Assembly: GCF_036321535.1 (NCBI RefSeq)
Contig: NC_087437.1
Location: 119,724,001 to 119,788,000, forward strand
DNA from: Camelus dromedarius
Lineage: Eukaryota
Direction of reading: 5' to 3'
Length of the DNA: 64,000 nt
The notes below the pieces were generated by a model. It saw only the letters and a list, made by a program, of their open reading frames with translations. It was not told where the DNA came from and made no database searches. Of the stretch, positions 36,167-49,836 are shown in pieces. A program made the position numbers and the translations under genes. The stretch's first letter is position 1; each line of letters begins with the position of its first letter.

Positions 36167-39100
36167 GTAAGTACCGCCAGCCTTGGAGCTGACCCCGGGG
36201 GGCTTGGGGGCGCGGTGTCTGGAGAACAGGCTGCTGCCGCCTTAGTCCTGTGCAGGCGTGTGCTTGTCCCGGCCTGCCCTCGGCTCCCAGGCAGGCTTCC
36301 TTCCTCAGAAGCAGGTTTCCTGGTCTTGCTGAACTTTCTGCTATTTCCTGATACCTGGAGTAGCCTCCGGCCCAGCCCTCCGGCCCAGCAGCACCAGGCG
36401 TGCACAGTCGTCCCAGGCCTGCCACGTTGCTCACCGCCCAGCCCGCGTGGCCGCCCCCACTCACTCCTGCCGCCACAAGCTTGTTTGCTTTCTGATAAGA
36501 TACACCCTTGTCAATGTTTAAAACCCATGACTTAAGATCATATATCTTAATTAGGTGAAGAGTGCTCTTGCCAGGAAACCAAGTCCTTTGTTCTGTTCTA
36601 GACTCAATACCAGATTTCTGTTGTAATTGAATTTGAAATTAATTTTTGAAATAGAGACAGGCAGGACGAGGCCTCCCAACAGTCATGCCAGCGAAGGGGA
36701 GCAGGTGCTCCCTTTGCTGCCTCGTCAGGGTGTCCCAACCCCATGAGCTACCCTGAAGAGTTGTATCTGGCATTGGCTTTGATTTGGCTTAAAGCAAAGT
36801 AAAAGTCATTTGGTACCAGACAGCTCGCCGCTGTTAACGCCCAGGTAGGGTCGCTCGGGAGTTCCACCAGCCTTGTTGGGTGGAGCGTCAGCTCTGCGTT
36901 TGGAGCTGCCAGCTTCATCCTCCGAGAGGTGAAGTCCTATGCTACTCAGTTTCTCACTTCTGTTTTCTTGTTGCTAAAGCTAACCTTTTCATTTTTAAAA
37001 TACCCACCATTTAGCTGAGCACTCATGAGGCTCTCAGGCCAGCGTTGTCCGGTCAGGGAGGATGGAAGCCAGGTTAGACGAGGAATTCAGACACGCCCCG
37101 GGCCAGGGTTGGGGAGCAGGCTGGCGGGGCTGCTCTCCTGTTTTCACCGTCTCCTCCAGGGGCCAAGTGAGATTTTAGCAACATCTCAACATGGCCAAAA
37201 CAAGTGAATTGTTTAGCAGACTTGGGGGGCAGCTGACTTCCTTGCGAACATTCCAACATGTGGCATTTAACTGTAGCTTGAGTGTCACTGGAGTTATGGG
37301 CAAGAAAGGCTGTCCACGTCACCTGTGCTCTTCCGGGCAGGCTCCCAGCACCCGGTGGCGGGGGTGTGCCGGGTGAGCTCCGCCGGAGGTCCAGAGTCCA
37401 CGGTGACTTTTTTTCTCTTCCTCAGCTGATAAGGAGGTGGTTCTGGGGGAGGAGGCAAGGTGAGAGGAACAGGGTGTGCGGGAGGCAGGGCTTCTTTGCT
37501 GGCCTGGTGGGCTCTAAGTGCCAGTGGCCTTCTGTTTAGATGTTCTGGGAGGGGCAGGATTTCCAAGAACAAGGAAGCTCTGGTTTGGTCTTTGTAACAA
37601 GAGAGCATCCTTCCCTCCCGTAGCTCTGCGGGGCTGGGGCAGTGCCCAGGGACCCGGAGGGCCTTCCTGGAGCGGCTCTCCCACCACACCGTCACCTGGT
37701 GGGGACCTTCCTCTGTTGCCTGCTCTGCTACCACGAGGCCAGTAGGCCCGCCTGTCAGCGATGCTGATGCTGGCCTGGGGGCCGTGTGAGCACTTGTGCC
37801 TCCTCAGCTGGTGCTGAGGACAGGGTCTCAGGGCCCCGCAGGCCGGGGAGAGGGTCCTGTGGGACTGAAGCCCGGGCCTCAGAGGCTGTGCCCAACCCCT
37901 CTCTGCTCCGCACTTTCCTCTGATGGGGCAGGGTTTTCTCACCCGCAGTCTTAGCCTTTAGCTGTGACTAGTAAACGTGTTCAAGCTCCCTGTTACCATT
38001 CCTCACGGTGCCCCCAAGATTTCCTCTCTCTGCACCCCACCCCCGAACTCTCAGGCTCTCAGCCCCCTGCTCCGCCCATGCTCACGCTCTGCCTCGCTCA
38101 GCCGTCCCTTTAGTGGCTCATCTCCCCCAGAGACTGGCTGTGCTGCTCAAAGCACCCTTAGCTGCTCCCTGTCCCCTCGCCTTGCCTCTGCCGAGGTCTC
38201 CGGGCCCGGCCCCACGGCCTGGGGGCACCTTCTGGACTTGGCATTTCTCTGCTTTCCCACTGAGTGGCTCCTCCTGAGCCCGTGGCCTGGAGGCCTGCTC
38301 TGCTTTCCCGGCTGTGACAGGACTCCGGGTGCTCACGGCCGGCCGTGCCCCGGCTCCTCCCTCTGGGGGCAGCCCTGCAGCCGGCCTGGCGGGGGGAGGC
38401 CTGTCTGCGGCTCCCACTCCCCTCACGCTGGACCCCGCAGCCGGGGCCGTGTCCATGAGCATGTCTGCAGCAGAGAGAAGCCGGTTCACAGGCTCCGAAC
38501 CCCTTTCCTCCTCCTCGCTCAGTCCTGGACGGGCCCTTGTAAGTGAGGCCTCCCTTCCCAGCCCAGTGTCGCCGGTCAGCCCGAGTCCCCTGCCGCCCTC
38601 CATGGATGGCAGCCCGGGAGGAAGGCATCAGGCCCTCCTGCCGAGGGTGTTGGCACCGTGTTCCCCCGCCTTGTGACGGGTAAGAATGACGAAAGCCAGT
38701 GAAAGCCAGCCGTAAGTAATGACAGCAAATTCTGTGTCCCAGAGCAGGAGGCTCTGCAGAGAGACCAGCTCCCTGTGCGTCTTGGGGGTTTATTTCTGCC
38801 CCCCCTCGTCCCTCACCCCTGACAGCAGGGTTGGGCAGCGAAGACTCCAGATGCGCCCTGTCTTGTGACCAGCAGCTAGGGGACAGCTCTCCTGCTCCTC
38901 CCTCCTGCCAGAGCCACGCCCAAGGACAGGGACCCGTCTGCCAGCCCCTCCGGGCCTGCCTGTGAGCGCAGGCAAGGGGCCCACGTGCTGGTGTCCTGCA
39001 GGGGGAAAGCCCAGGGAAGGCCCGTCGTGGGGACGGGCCGCCCCACGAGGAGTGGCCATGACGTCCTGCCTGCCCCTAGGGCCCCACGGCACGGCTGGAG

Positions 39101-40018
39101 AGGTCCGTGTGTGGGCTGCTGGCACCACTGCACGTCCCCAGCGGCCGGCGAGACCACCGGGCGCAGGCCGAGCCTCCGCAGGGGCAGGCGAAGAGCAGCC
39201 GCCAGCGCAGGGCCCACGTGGTCAGGGGCCCTCCACGGTGTCACCCCCGTGCCCGTCGGAGGGACCTGCTGTGGGAAGTTTAGAGCCCTGTGGCTCAGTT
39301 TGTGTTTTAAGGCAGTTCAGCTGTCTCACCAAAAGCTACAGAAAGAGCAGGGATCTGGGTGGTGAGGGGGGAGCAGAGCCAGGGGCGGCGGCCGTCTCGT
39401 TCTGTGAAAGGGGCATTGCTGCCCACCCCAGGTCGCACGCTGATTTTAAAGGAGAAGATGAAAAGGGCCTCGCTTCTGGTTTTGCTGGTTTCCACGTGTC
39501 CTTCCCTCCGTGCATTTAGGTAAAAGGCATTTTGCTCTGTGTCAGGGTAGACGTTGTGCCCACTAACCTTTATTTCTGATTGATTCCATGACATTCCATG
39601 ACTCATCACAAGTGCTACTGGGAGCCCCACTCTAATCGTGGCCATGTCTTCTGCTTGCTCTGATCCTCACCCTTTAAACATAAGGGTGAGCGTCTTCACA
39701 CAGAAGCTGTTTCTCCTTCTGCAAAGCAGGCTTCGCACTCATGCCGGCTCGTCCAGCTTCTGGGCGGGGGCTGATGTGGTCACGGGCCGGGGGAAGGGAG
39801 GGCTGCGTCCCAGCAAAACCAGAAGCGAGGCCCGTTCTTGCTGGGACGGCCGCGCGGAGCCTTCTCCCCACCCGCGACGCTGCCTCGCGCAGTCTTTTTT
39901 CTTAAATTGTGACTAATTTAGTAAAAGTATCAGCAGGTCCCTCTTTGGGTTTCCTCTTGGCTTACGCTGGGGTAAACACCCAGCCCTGGATTCACGCTGG
40001 TCGTGTTTGGTGTTTCAG

Positions 40019-40056
40019 ATCCGAAGGACATCGCCTGCTCCTCCACCCTGGTGAAG
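40019..40056 (+). CDS. SLC37A1: SLC37A1 coding exon 8 (HPKDIACSSTLVK)
   Basis: tttcag|AT ... AAG|gtaagg; 38 nt; bridges phase 1 to phase 0. Confidence 0.92.
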
Positions 40057-42444
40057 GTAAGGCTGCTCTCTGCTTCTTGTGTCTTCTGGACGCTGAGCCA
40101 TCTGCCAGGTGTCTGATGACTGTCACCAGCCTGGTCCTGTCTGTCTGTCCTGTCGGTGGATAATGAAGTGTGGACATGGGTCCCACCCTCAGAATATTGG
40201 AAGTTTTAGAAAAAGGGTCATCATAATGATAGCAACGAAAACCAGACGAGAGGCCCAATGCAGGCCCTCAGAGGGTGACCCGGGCCAGGGGCTGGCCAGG
40301 CCCTCAAGGGGTGGGGGTGGCCTGGCTTCCCTGGGCGGGCAGCGTGCTGTGACTGCAGAAAGACACAGAGCTAAGCCAGCCGGTGTCACTTGAAACTGGT
40401 CCATATCTGGCAGGGGGGCCGTTTGGACCACCCAGCACCAGGACCGGGTTTCCCTGGTCAGTGTCATCACCCACTGCCCCACTTCCTAACCTCTCCGCTC
40501 ACTCTGCTGGTAAGTGACCCTGCAGTCTTGGCAGGCACGAAAGAGTGCTTCCCCCGCCACGTCTGGAGGGGTCTCTCCCTTCCCCAAGTCACAACAACTC
40601 CGTGAATGCCCTGCCCCCCAGGCCAGCCTCCCCCCTGGCCCCCAGTCCCCTCTCCTGAGCCCTCAGCTTGCCCCCTTCCCTCTGCCGCTCACAGCAGGTG
40701 GTGCCGCCCACCGTGGACAAGGCCTCTGTGGCCCTCACACCCAGTTCCCTGCTTACCTTTGGGTGGACCCCATGGATCACCCTCCCTGACCACCTGCACG
40801 GCACCCCTCCCCTCCTCGGGCCTCCCCCACTCTGGACACAGCCCACAGGGTCCCCAGCAGCATCGTCTGGCTGCGCGCGATCAGTGCTCCCGCCTCACCC
40901 CCTTGGCCTGTGACCAGCCTTTGACACGATGGTTTCCTCCCTCCGTGAGAGGCCCTCTCCCTGGGGCTTCCGGGCACTGCGCCCTCCTGGTTCTCTTGTA
41001 GTGCTCTGCTGGGCCTGCCCTGCCGTACCCCCACGTGGGGGGCAAGGCCTGCTCCTCGGCCTCGTCTCTCCTCGTTCATCCTCTCGCTGGGGCAGCTCTC
41101 ACGCAGGCCGTGGCTTTCAGCATCTCCCCAGCATGGTCCTCCCCGCTGAGCTCCTGTGGTCGTGGTCACACTGCCACCTGACGTCCCCGTAGAGGCGTCC
41201 GGGTGTCTTCTCAGACTTAACACAACTAGACTGTTCTCGTTATTTTACCCCGTGAACTTGCTAGGCCCCTGCACTGCCTGTCTCACTCAGGGAGCCGTTC
41301 CCCACCCCCTGGACAGGCCAGAGCCAAATCGCCTGGGGACATTTTCTTGACACAGAAGTCAGACCATGTCACTGCGTGCTTACAGCCCTCCAGCCATCTC
41401 CTTTTTACTCAGTGAAGCCCAGTTCAGCCCTCACTGTCTGTCTCCCGCGGGAGGGTCAGAGCACCCAGGCAGGGCCCCACCTGGACCGCGGTGGAGCGCG
41501 CCTGCCGTGCGCAGACAGGGAGCCGGGGCTGTGCTGGGATCCGCTTGTTAATACAGTGCGCCTTGAGAACAATTAATTTAAAAAGAAGGGTTCTGGTACC
41601 ACATTAAACCAAATTAGGGAAACAAAATCAATTTTGTAAATGACTGCCTCAGGAAGGTTAAACACCTCTGGTTTTTTAAACCTTTGATACATTTTTTTTT
41701 TTTAAGGCCATTTTCCTGCCACGAGCATGATTTTCAGTCTCCAAGCTGGGACGGGTCAGCTCAGATTGGTGCTGTGGGCTAGACCCAAGCTGCATGGACC
41801 GCCACCTCTGGCAGGGGGGAGGACTTTGGCACTCACCTCCACCCCAGCACGTCCCCCGGGGCGGGACACGGGCACCGAGTGCGAGGGGACTTTGGGGGAG
41901 GGGCAGATCGCCCTCACGTGCTGCTTCACAGGGACAGGAGGGCAGGCTTGAGCCCGAGGCGCCGTTTCTGCCCTTGTGGCTGTGAGCTGAGCCGAAGCTG
42001 TGTCCTTTTCCCCCATTCACATCCTCCCTGTCAACTCACTGGGCTCCTGGGGTGCCCGTGTCCCCAGGACGCTGTGGGGCAGGGTGGCCGGGCAGTTGTG
42101 GCTTCTCTTCCTCCCAGGGGCCGGTCAGAGGTACAGAGAGATTGGGCTGATTTCTAGGGACGTTTCGTCAGCTTCCACCAGAGCCCCGAAGTCCTCCCTC
42201 CCACAGGGACTCTGCTCACTTCCCATGGGGCCCTGCAGAGACCCCTGTCATGGGGCCCACTTGAGGGGCCCCAGAGCCCTGGCGCTGCGGGCCAGGCTGC
42301 TGCTGCCCTTCTGGGCCTGCCCTTTACATTCACGGAGCTTCCGGGTGGCCTGGAGAGCGTCTGTGACGCATTGACAGGTGCTGCCTTCCTTGGAGCAGAG
42401 CTGGGAGCGGCAGGAGCAGTGTGCTGACACATCAGGTAGAAAGA

Positions 42445-44545
42445 TACAAACTACCACAACCGACTCGAGAGAGAACATCTGAATAGACCTGTAACAAGGA
42501 AAGAAACTGAATTATTAATTAAAAATTTAATACAAAGAAAATCACAGGACCAGATGGCTTCACTGGTGAATTCTGCCAACTCTTCACAGACTCCTCCCAG
42601 ATTTCCAGGAGAACACTCCCTGCTCATCCAACGAAGTGTTATCTTGATACACAGAAGACAGTGACGTCACAGGGAAGCTACAGACCAAGCTCTCTTAGGA
42701 ATGTGCGTATAACTCAACAAAACGCTAATCCAGCAATATATAGAAAGGGTTAGCACCATGGTCAAATGGGATTTATCCCAGGAATGCACAGCTGGTTTAA
42801 CATCTGAAAACCAATCAATGTGGTATTCCACAGGAATAGAATAAAGGACAAAACCACAGGGTCCTTTCAGTAGAAGCAGAAAAAGCATTTGACAAAATCT
42901 AACAGCCCTTCATGGTAAAACACTCTACAAACTAGGAACAGAAGGGAACTGTGTCTGGGACAATCCGCAGCTAACATAACTAACAGTCCAGGACTGGATG
43001 CCTTCCCTGTAAGGTCAGGAACAAGACAAGGACACCTGCTCTTGCCACATCGTATGGGAGAGTCTAGCCAGAGCATTTAGGCAAGAAAATGAAATACAAG
43101 GCATGCAGATCGGACGAGAAGTGAAAGTACCGCTATTTGCAGATGACGTAATTTTGTATCTAGAGAATCCCAAGGAACCCACCAAAAACCTATTACAGCT
43201 AATTGAAAAGTCAGCAAGGCTGCAGGGTGCAAGGTCAGTGCATAAAAATCAATGGTATCTCTATACTTTAGTGATGAGCAATCTGAAAACAAAAGGAAGA
43301 AAGCAGTCCCAGTTACAGCAGAAGGAGTGAAATACTCAGGAATAAACTTAACCAAGGAGATACGAGACTTACACATTGAAAACTACGAAACATTGTTGAA
43401 AGAAATTAGAGAAGACCTAACTAAATGAAAAGACACCCCATGTTCACTGACAGGAAGACTTACATTGTCAAGAAGGCAGTATCCCCAAAATTGATGTACA
43501 AATTCAGTGTAATCTCTGTCAAGACCCCAGCTGGCTTCTTGGTAGAAATTGACAAGCTAATCCTTGATCTCATATGAAAAAATTCAAGGAATTCAGAGTA
43601 GCCAAAAGAATCCTGAAAAAGAAAAAAGCTGGACTCACACTTTCCAATTTCAAAACTCACTACACAGCTGCCGTAACTGAGGCTCCGTGTTACTGTCATA
43701 AGGGCGGACATGCAGGTTGGTGGAATAGAACTGAGAGTCCAAATAAACCCTCACACTCACACTCACACTCACAGTCAGTTGACTTTGACAAGGGCGCCAA
43801 GGCCATTCAGTGGAGAAAGGGTCATCTCTTTAACACGCGGTGCTGAGACAACTGTATATCCACATGCAAAGAGAGGATCTGGAACCCTTCCTCAGACCAT
43901 GCACAAAGTTAAGATGGATCGAAGACCTGAATGTGAGAGCTAAACCTGTAAAACTCTTAGAAGAAAATACAGGAGGAAATCTTCATGACCTCAGATTGGG
44001 CAAAGTCTCCCAGATATGACACAAAAAGCGCAAGGGATGGAAGGGAAAATAGATAAATTGGACTTCACTGAATTTTAAACTTTTATGCTTCAAAGGATAC
44101 CATCAAGAACGGGAGAAAGTATGTGCAAATCGTACTTCTGCTAAAAGACTTGTATCTAGAATATATAAAGAACACTTAGAATTCAGTGATTTAAAATAAC
44201 TTTTTAAAAGGTTTAAAAAAGAGGAAAGATCTGAAGAGACATTTCTCCAAAGAAGACATTCAGGCGGCCAGTAAGCACATGAAAACCTGCTCAATATCGT
44301 TAGCCATCAGGGATCAGTCACCAAAGCCGCAGCGAGATGCCACCTCACCCCCACTAGGATGGCTGTGATCTAAAGGACGGGTAGTAGCAAGTTGGAACGC
44401 TCAGTCACTGCTGGTGAGGGTGTGAAATGGTGCAGCCGCTTTGGAAAACGGTCTGGTGGCTTCTCAAAAGGTTAAGCATAGAGTCACCATATGACCCAGC
44501 GATTCCACTCCCTCCTGGGTGCATCCAGGAGAAATTAGAACATAT
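42445..44545 (+). mobile_element. L1 ORF2 fragment (~2.1 kb, RT to C-terminal region, disrupted)
   Basis: Translated pieces KVPLFADDVILYLENPKEPTKNLLQLI (RT FADD motif), AKRILKKKKAGLTLSNFKTHY and MVQPLWKTVWWLLKRLSIESPYDPAIPL, with frameshifts and deletions. Confidence 0.92.
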
Positions 44546-45303
44546 GTCCGCCGTCCACACCCCCCCAAAGCCCCGGCGGTCACGCTGCGCGCTGCCTGGA
44601 AGCCGTGCTCTCCTGTGTGGAGGGCGTCTTCTTCCTTCTGGAGCAACCTGCTGATGTAGGAAATTTCTTGTTAGAGGAAGAGGTTGGCCTGTGTTATTTC
44701 TAAAGGCCTTTTCCTTTCGAGGTCGCTTTGAAACATCAGAGCCGTTGAGGAGAGTTAGTTGGCCCAGCGCGGGGGAGGAGCACGTTATGTTTCTTTATGT
44801 GTTGGCCGCGGATTGTTCTTCGGGAAAGGATTTTATTTTCATCCTGTTGTCTGAGGGTCTGAAGCCTTCAGGTTGCACGGATTAGCCCTTGTTTTGTTTT
44901 AATCATTTGTCTTATTTTCATCGGTAGCATTTTTTTCCCTTTGCAGTTTTATTAGGTAGAAATATTACAGTCCGACTGCACACACAGTACGTGGCATGTA
45001 AGTACCCGTACACAGCACACTGCACGTTGTTTTTAGTTTACATATAGGTACTGATTATTGTTTCTAAGAACAGATTAGAGCTTTAGCTTTTTAAACTTAC
45101 ATAGTTATCAAAGGAATAAAGCTAACTATAAAATGAGAATGGACAGAACGGGGTAATCCAATGATAAAGGACAGTCAAATGTGCTTACACAAACTCAAGA
45201 AATCAATCAGTTTTTGTGAAGACAGTGCCATCGCTGCAGTGAACGAGGTATAATTTCAGTCTGTTGATTTGGCAGTGGCTCTAATTAAATTTTTTTCTCC
45301 CAG

Positions 45304-45384
45304 CATCCGAAAGCCTATGAGAACGGCGCACACAGGTTTCGGCTACAGAAGCAAGTCCTGACCGACGAGAGGAGCAAGCCCCTG
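45304..45384 (+). CDS. SLC37A1: SLC37A1 coding exon 9 (HPKAYENGAHRFRLQKQVLTDERSKPL; central loop)
   Basis: tttctcccag|CAT ... CTG|gtgagt; 81 nt. Confidence 0.93.
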
Positions 45385-46004
45385 GTGAGTGGCACCCGCT
45401 GCCCCTGGGCAGGAGTGGGGCCCTGCCTCGGTGGCACCTGTCACAGACGCCCTGGGCAGGGCCTGTGCTTCCTCGGTGACATTGGAGTCTGCCTTGGGTA
45501 CTTTTCTTTGGATAGTAGAGCTGGGCTTGCTTTAAGTTTTTTTAATCAAATTGGCAAGCCATTCATTCATCCAACAACCACTGACACACCATGAGCCTCA
45601 GTCACAATGTCCCCCGGGGCCCGTGGAGCTCACGTCCTCGGGGGCCAGGCATTGGGCTGGGCATCGGGTGCAGACAGAGCCCGCCGAGAGGGGTGAGCAG
45701 GCGCTGTTTCAGGCCGGCCTCGCAGGGAGCTGTGAAGGAGGAGGAGTGAGTCCGCACGTACCTGGGCCAAGGGGGTTCAGGTAGAGGGAGCGTGGGGCGG
45801 GCTGGGAACATGAGGAGGGACCCAGAGAGAACGTAGAAGCTAGCTGTGTTGCAGCCCTCCACCCCTTCAGCGCCTTCCAGGGTACAGAAGGGGAAACTGA
45901 GGCACAGAGGTGCTGAGCCCTCTGCCTGGCCCCCTTGGATGGGGAGGCCGGGAGGCAGGTAGGGCTCCTCCCCTGTGCTGGGCCTCACCTGCCCCCTCTC
46001 GGGA

Positions 46005-46165
46005 CACGGTCCGCTCTCCGTTCCCGCAGATGCAAAACCCACCAGCACGGGGCCGGCTGCACTACGCCAGTGTGTGTAAAGGACGTCAGCATCTGTGGAT
46101 TTTGGTCTCTGCGAGGGTCCTGGGAACAGTGCCCCACAGGTCTCGGGTACCAGGGCAGGACTGTA
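46005..46165. mobile_element. TcMar-Tigger MITE fragment (MER2/MER8/Tigger3-like)
   Basis: cagcatctgtggattttggtctctgcgagggtcctgggaac...caggactg+TA resembles the TIR end of this group. Confidence 0.55.
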
Positions 46166-46485
46166 CTTCCGAGAAGGCTCTTCCAGGAGGCTTCTCCCAT
46201 CTCTCTGCCTAGCTGACCATGCTGAGCCACAGGGGCATTTTAGATTTGGTTTTAATCATTGAAAGTATATGATCTTTTCTTTTCTCTTTAAATCAGGTAG
46301 CTTAAAGGATAAGTGTACTAAACAGGCTTTTTTTTTTCTTTATTGCCCAAGGAATTTATTTTTGGTGGTTGAAATAATGGATGCGGGAAGATGATGTCTG
46401 ATGTGTCTTGGTTCTTGGATTTTAGTTAAATTCAACTGAAATGCTTTAAAATTTCTACTCACTTCTGAGTTTATGTAAAAATCAG

Positions 46486-46861
46486 GTGCCTTAGCTTGGA
46501 CTGCTGTAACAAACACGGCAGACTCGGTGGTTAAACAGTAAATAATTATTTCTCACATTTCAAACATTTATTTCTGGAGGCTGGGAAGCCCCAGATCAAG
46601 GTACCGGAAAACCTGACGTCTGGTGAGAGCCTGCTCCCCGGCCTGCACACAGCCGCCTCCTCCTCGGGTCCTCACCCGGCGGAGCAGAGAGAGAAGCAGG
46701 CCTTCTGCTGCCTCTTCTCAGAAGGGCACCGATCCCTCCATGGGGGCCCCACCCTCGTGGCCTAATTACCTCCCAAGGGCCCCGCCTCCTAATGCCACCA
46801 CACTAGAGATGGGGGTTCAACATACGGATTTGGGGGTGAACACAAATACGGGGCCCTAGCA
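46486..46861 (-). mobile_element. MLT1A-like solo LTR
   Basis: ctgctgtaacaaa..ttctggaggctgggaagccccagatcaaggt ... cctaattacctcccaagg ... ttcaacatacggatttggggg..aca..tagca. Confidence 0.8.
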
Positions 46862-49836
46862 GGTCTTAATCAGTGCGCATGGCCGTAATTCCTCTCTGTC
46901 ACTGAAGACCCACCTTCCCCCCGAGGCAAGACCCCGGGCCCTGTGCTCTGGTGCGGTTACTGGCCGGTAAAGCGGCTGGACCTGTCTTCTGAACATAGCT
47001 GCCCTCTTTCCTTTCTCTTCCCTCCACAGAAGTCTGTTCACTAGCACATCACCAAAGAGACAGTTACGTGTTTAGAAGCCCCAGTAGGTCTGACCTTGAT
47101 GGACATGACTGGGCAGGTGTTGGCGGCCGTCAATGGGTGTCCCCTTTCAGCGGGCCCCTCCCACTAACCAGGGTAGGGAGCCCCGCCCTTCCATAACAGG
47201 ACGAGCTCACGTGCTGGAGGCGGCTCCGGGGTCAGCAGGCAGGACATCCCACAGTTTGGCAAGATGCCCTGCTGTCCCCTCCCCCAAGTGACCCAGCTCA
47301 AATCCACTGGGGCCCAGAGCTGAGCACCGCCCAGGCCCCAGATCACTGCTGCCTTTCTGACGGTCCTGCCCACTCTCTTACCTGCCCAGCCTGGTTCCCA
47401 GCGACGTCTCAGGAAATACACAAAGAAGGGGTGGGCGAGGAAGAGGATGTGCTCGGAGAGAAGGTGGCTCCGGGGCCACGCGGCCGCACGCTGGACCTGC
47501 TTCCAGGCCGCGTGGGTTATAAAAACCCACGAGGTGATTATTTGTGGGGGTGGTCGGAATTTGTCATCCTTGTAGTCACATGTCTTTCTTGTCACCTTGG
47601 CGCCTCTGAGGGTCTTTCTGATTGGCTGTGGCTCAGCAAACACTTAAGGAGCGCTGAGCGGGTGGCTTGCTGCTCAAGGCTATTCCACCTGGGGTGCCAG
47701 TGCGGACCCACAAGTGTCTTCGGGGCCAGCATCAGGGTGAGGTGTGGGCAGAGCAGTCACCAGTGCGTCCTCCCCTGTGTGTGTTTTCATCACATGGTGC
47801 CCTTGTGCTCTCTGAAGGCGTAAAACCTCAGGGTGGGGTTCCCCGATCCCAGCAGACCCGCGGGGGCTCCAGGCACACAGCTTTCTCTGTCCCGTCCGCC
47901 CAGTGGGTCTTTGTTGGCTCTGAGGAGGAGGCAGCCTTGCGCTCCTGGTTTGTTTTAGGAAACCCGCCACGACCTCGCACTTCCCTCTGTCTCCTCCAGG
48001 CACTGCAAAGGGCCGGAATTTGGTGGCTGGGAGCCCACCCACCCAGGCCCCTGCGTGAAAGATGAGTGGGCGTGGGCAGGAGGCCCATGCTCAACACAGG
48101 CAGGGCCTTCCCTCTCGTCCGAGGGGCTCCTCGCTGCTTACGGAGCAGATGGGCTGGGTCTTGGGCCTTAAACCAGCCCCGTGGGTGGGTCTCTGAAGCT
48201 CTGTACAGAACGAGGACAGGCCAGGTGGTGACTCAGGGGCGTGACCAGGTGGGTTCTGTGCTGGACCTGCAGTCGCTGTGAGTCAGAGGCAGTCTTCCTG
48301 GCTGAGCAGAAGCTTTTCACCTTATTTTTACTCTTTATCTGGCTGTGTTTCATGGTCCACTGGTCAGACCACTCAGTGTTTTAAAGCATCTGTCCTGCGG
48401 TTCTCAGCTTTGACTACACATTGGACTCCCCCGGGGTCTGAACAGAGACTGCTCTATCCAACCTGGAATGCAGCTGGGCAGCGGGCTCTCTCACTGGAGA
48501 GTCCAGCGTTTAGCCAGGGTTGAGAACTATTGATTTTTGTCTCCTACACTGGGTAGCCGGCGTAATTCACGAGAGAAGAGTTTATTTCCAAACTCAAATC
48601 TTTGGTCTCTTTTCCAATGACTTTATAGAACTGTCATCAGAAGATATTCTGCTTTCTCACCGGGGGTTGGCATCTGCGTTCTGGCACATCAGACATGTGG
48701 TGATACATGACCGTGTCCACCAATGGCCAGCTCTGGGCCGGACGCCCGAGTGACGGTAGGAGCCGGGCATCCTGGTGCCACAGCTCTTGCTGCCCGAGAG
48801 GCGCTGGGCCCTCAGCTCCTGGTGGACCACGGTTGCTGCAGCCTGCCACTGTTGTCCACATTTCTGCCTTTCACTGGAAGAGAACTGTCATATCAAGAGA
48901 CGGATATGATGATCCATTACCACTTTCTTTTTTTTTTTTTTAACTGCATTTGGAATCCGTCTTGAGTAGATTACACTGAGATAAATACAATAAAACCTAT
49001 TTGATTTCATGGAAAGTCTGAACTCCATAGAAACATTTCTTTCCAAAGCCCTGACTCCCTAGTGCACTCATGAAAGGCGTTTTTAGATCATCCTTGCTCT
49101 GACTTGATACCCCACCGTCAGCTGGAGACCACTGTTCTTTACTTTCATAAAGGTAAACTTTGCCCTTTAGGGACGTCCAGAATCAGAATTTACAAAATAT
49201 TGGAATTGGTTTTTGAATTTTAAAGTAACGTTTCTGATCATTTATGTCCATTATGAACTCCTTAAAAAATTCAGGATCATGTAAAAAATTTCCCGACATT
49301 TCCATAAAAATTACACGTTAATTCCACTACTCAGTGACAACCACTATCGGTTTAGAATTTAGCCTCTTTTTTTCTCTGAATAGATCCTCTAGTTACCCAC
49401 TTACACAGGTGCACATTTAAGCATGAACGTGCTGTGAGATCAGAGTGAGAACGTGGTTTTGGATGATGTTCTGTTACCTGACCTCTCATAAGCACTTCCC
49501 AGACCGTCAAATCTCAGCTTTTTGTACGTCATTTATGTGGATGTACTTCAGCAGTTTTTCTCACTGTTGGTGTGACATTAATTTTATTGTACGAGTATTT
49601 TTCCACTTCTCAAATTATTTTTCGCAAATGGATTCCTAGAATTGTTGGTCAAAGGGCTTTGCCTGTTTTTAGTTAGTATTTCCTAAAACTCCGTGAATGC
49701 TAACGGTCATAAAGCGGTTCCCACAGTGAGCATGTTTTACGAGGCGTCCCCAGGACCATTAGCAGAGCTCGCCCCAACCGGATGGGCTACCGGGTAACAC
49801 CTTTTCTTTCCTTTTCCCAACGGGATTTGTCTCCAG

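Noticed and set aside
23559..37569. STAT5-type TTCnnnGAA sites (23559, 34127, 35737, 37561) as lactation enhancers
   Set aside because: A motif with 6 fixed bases is expected many times in 64 kb, and no significant clustering is visible without conservation or ChIP data.
26470..40515. Isolated consensus donors CTG|GTGAGT (about 26472) and CTG|GTAAGT (about 40509)
   Set aside because: No convincing paired acceptor or coding frame, and the CDS is complete without them.
42445..44545. Reverse-transcriptase-like peptides as a novel RT system
   Set aside because: Ordinary decayed L1 ORF2 with frameshifts and deletions.
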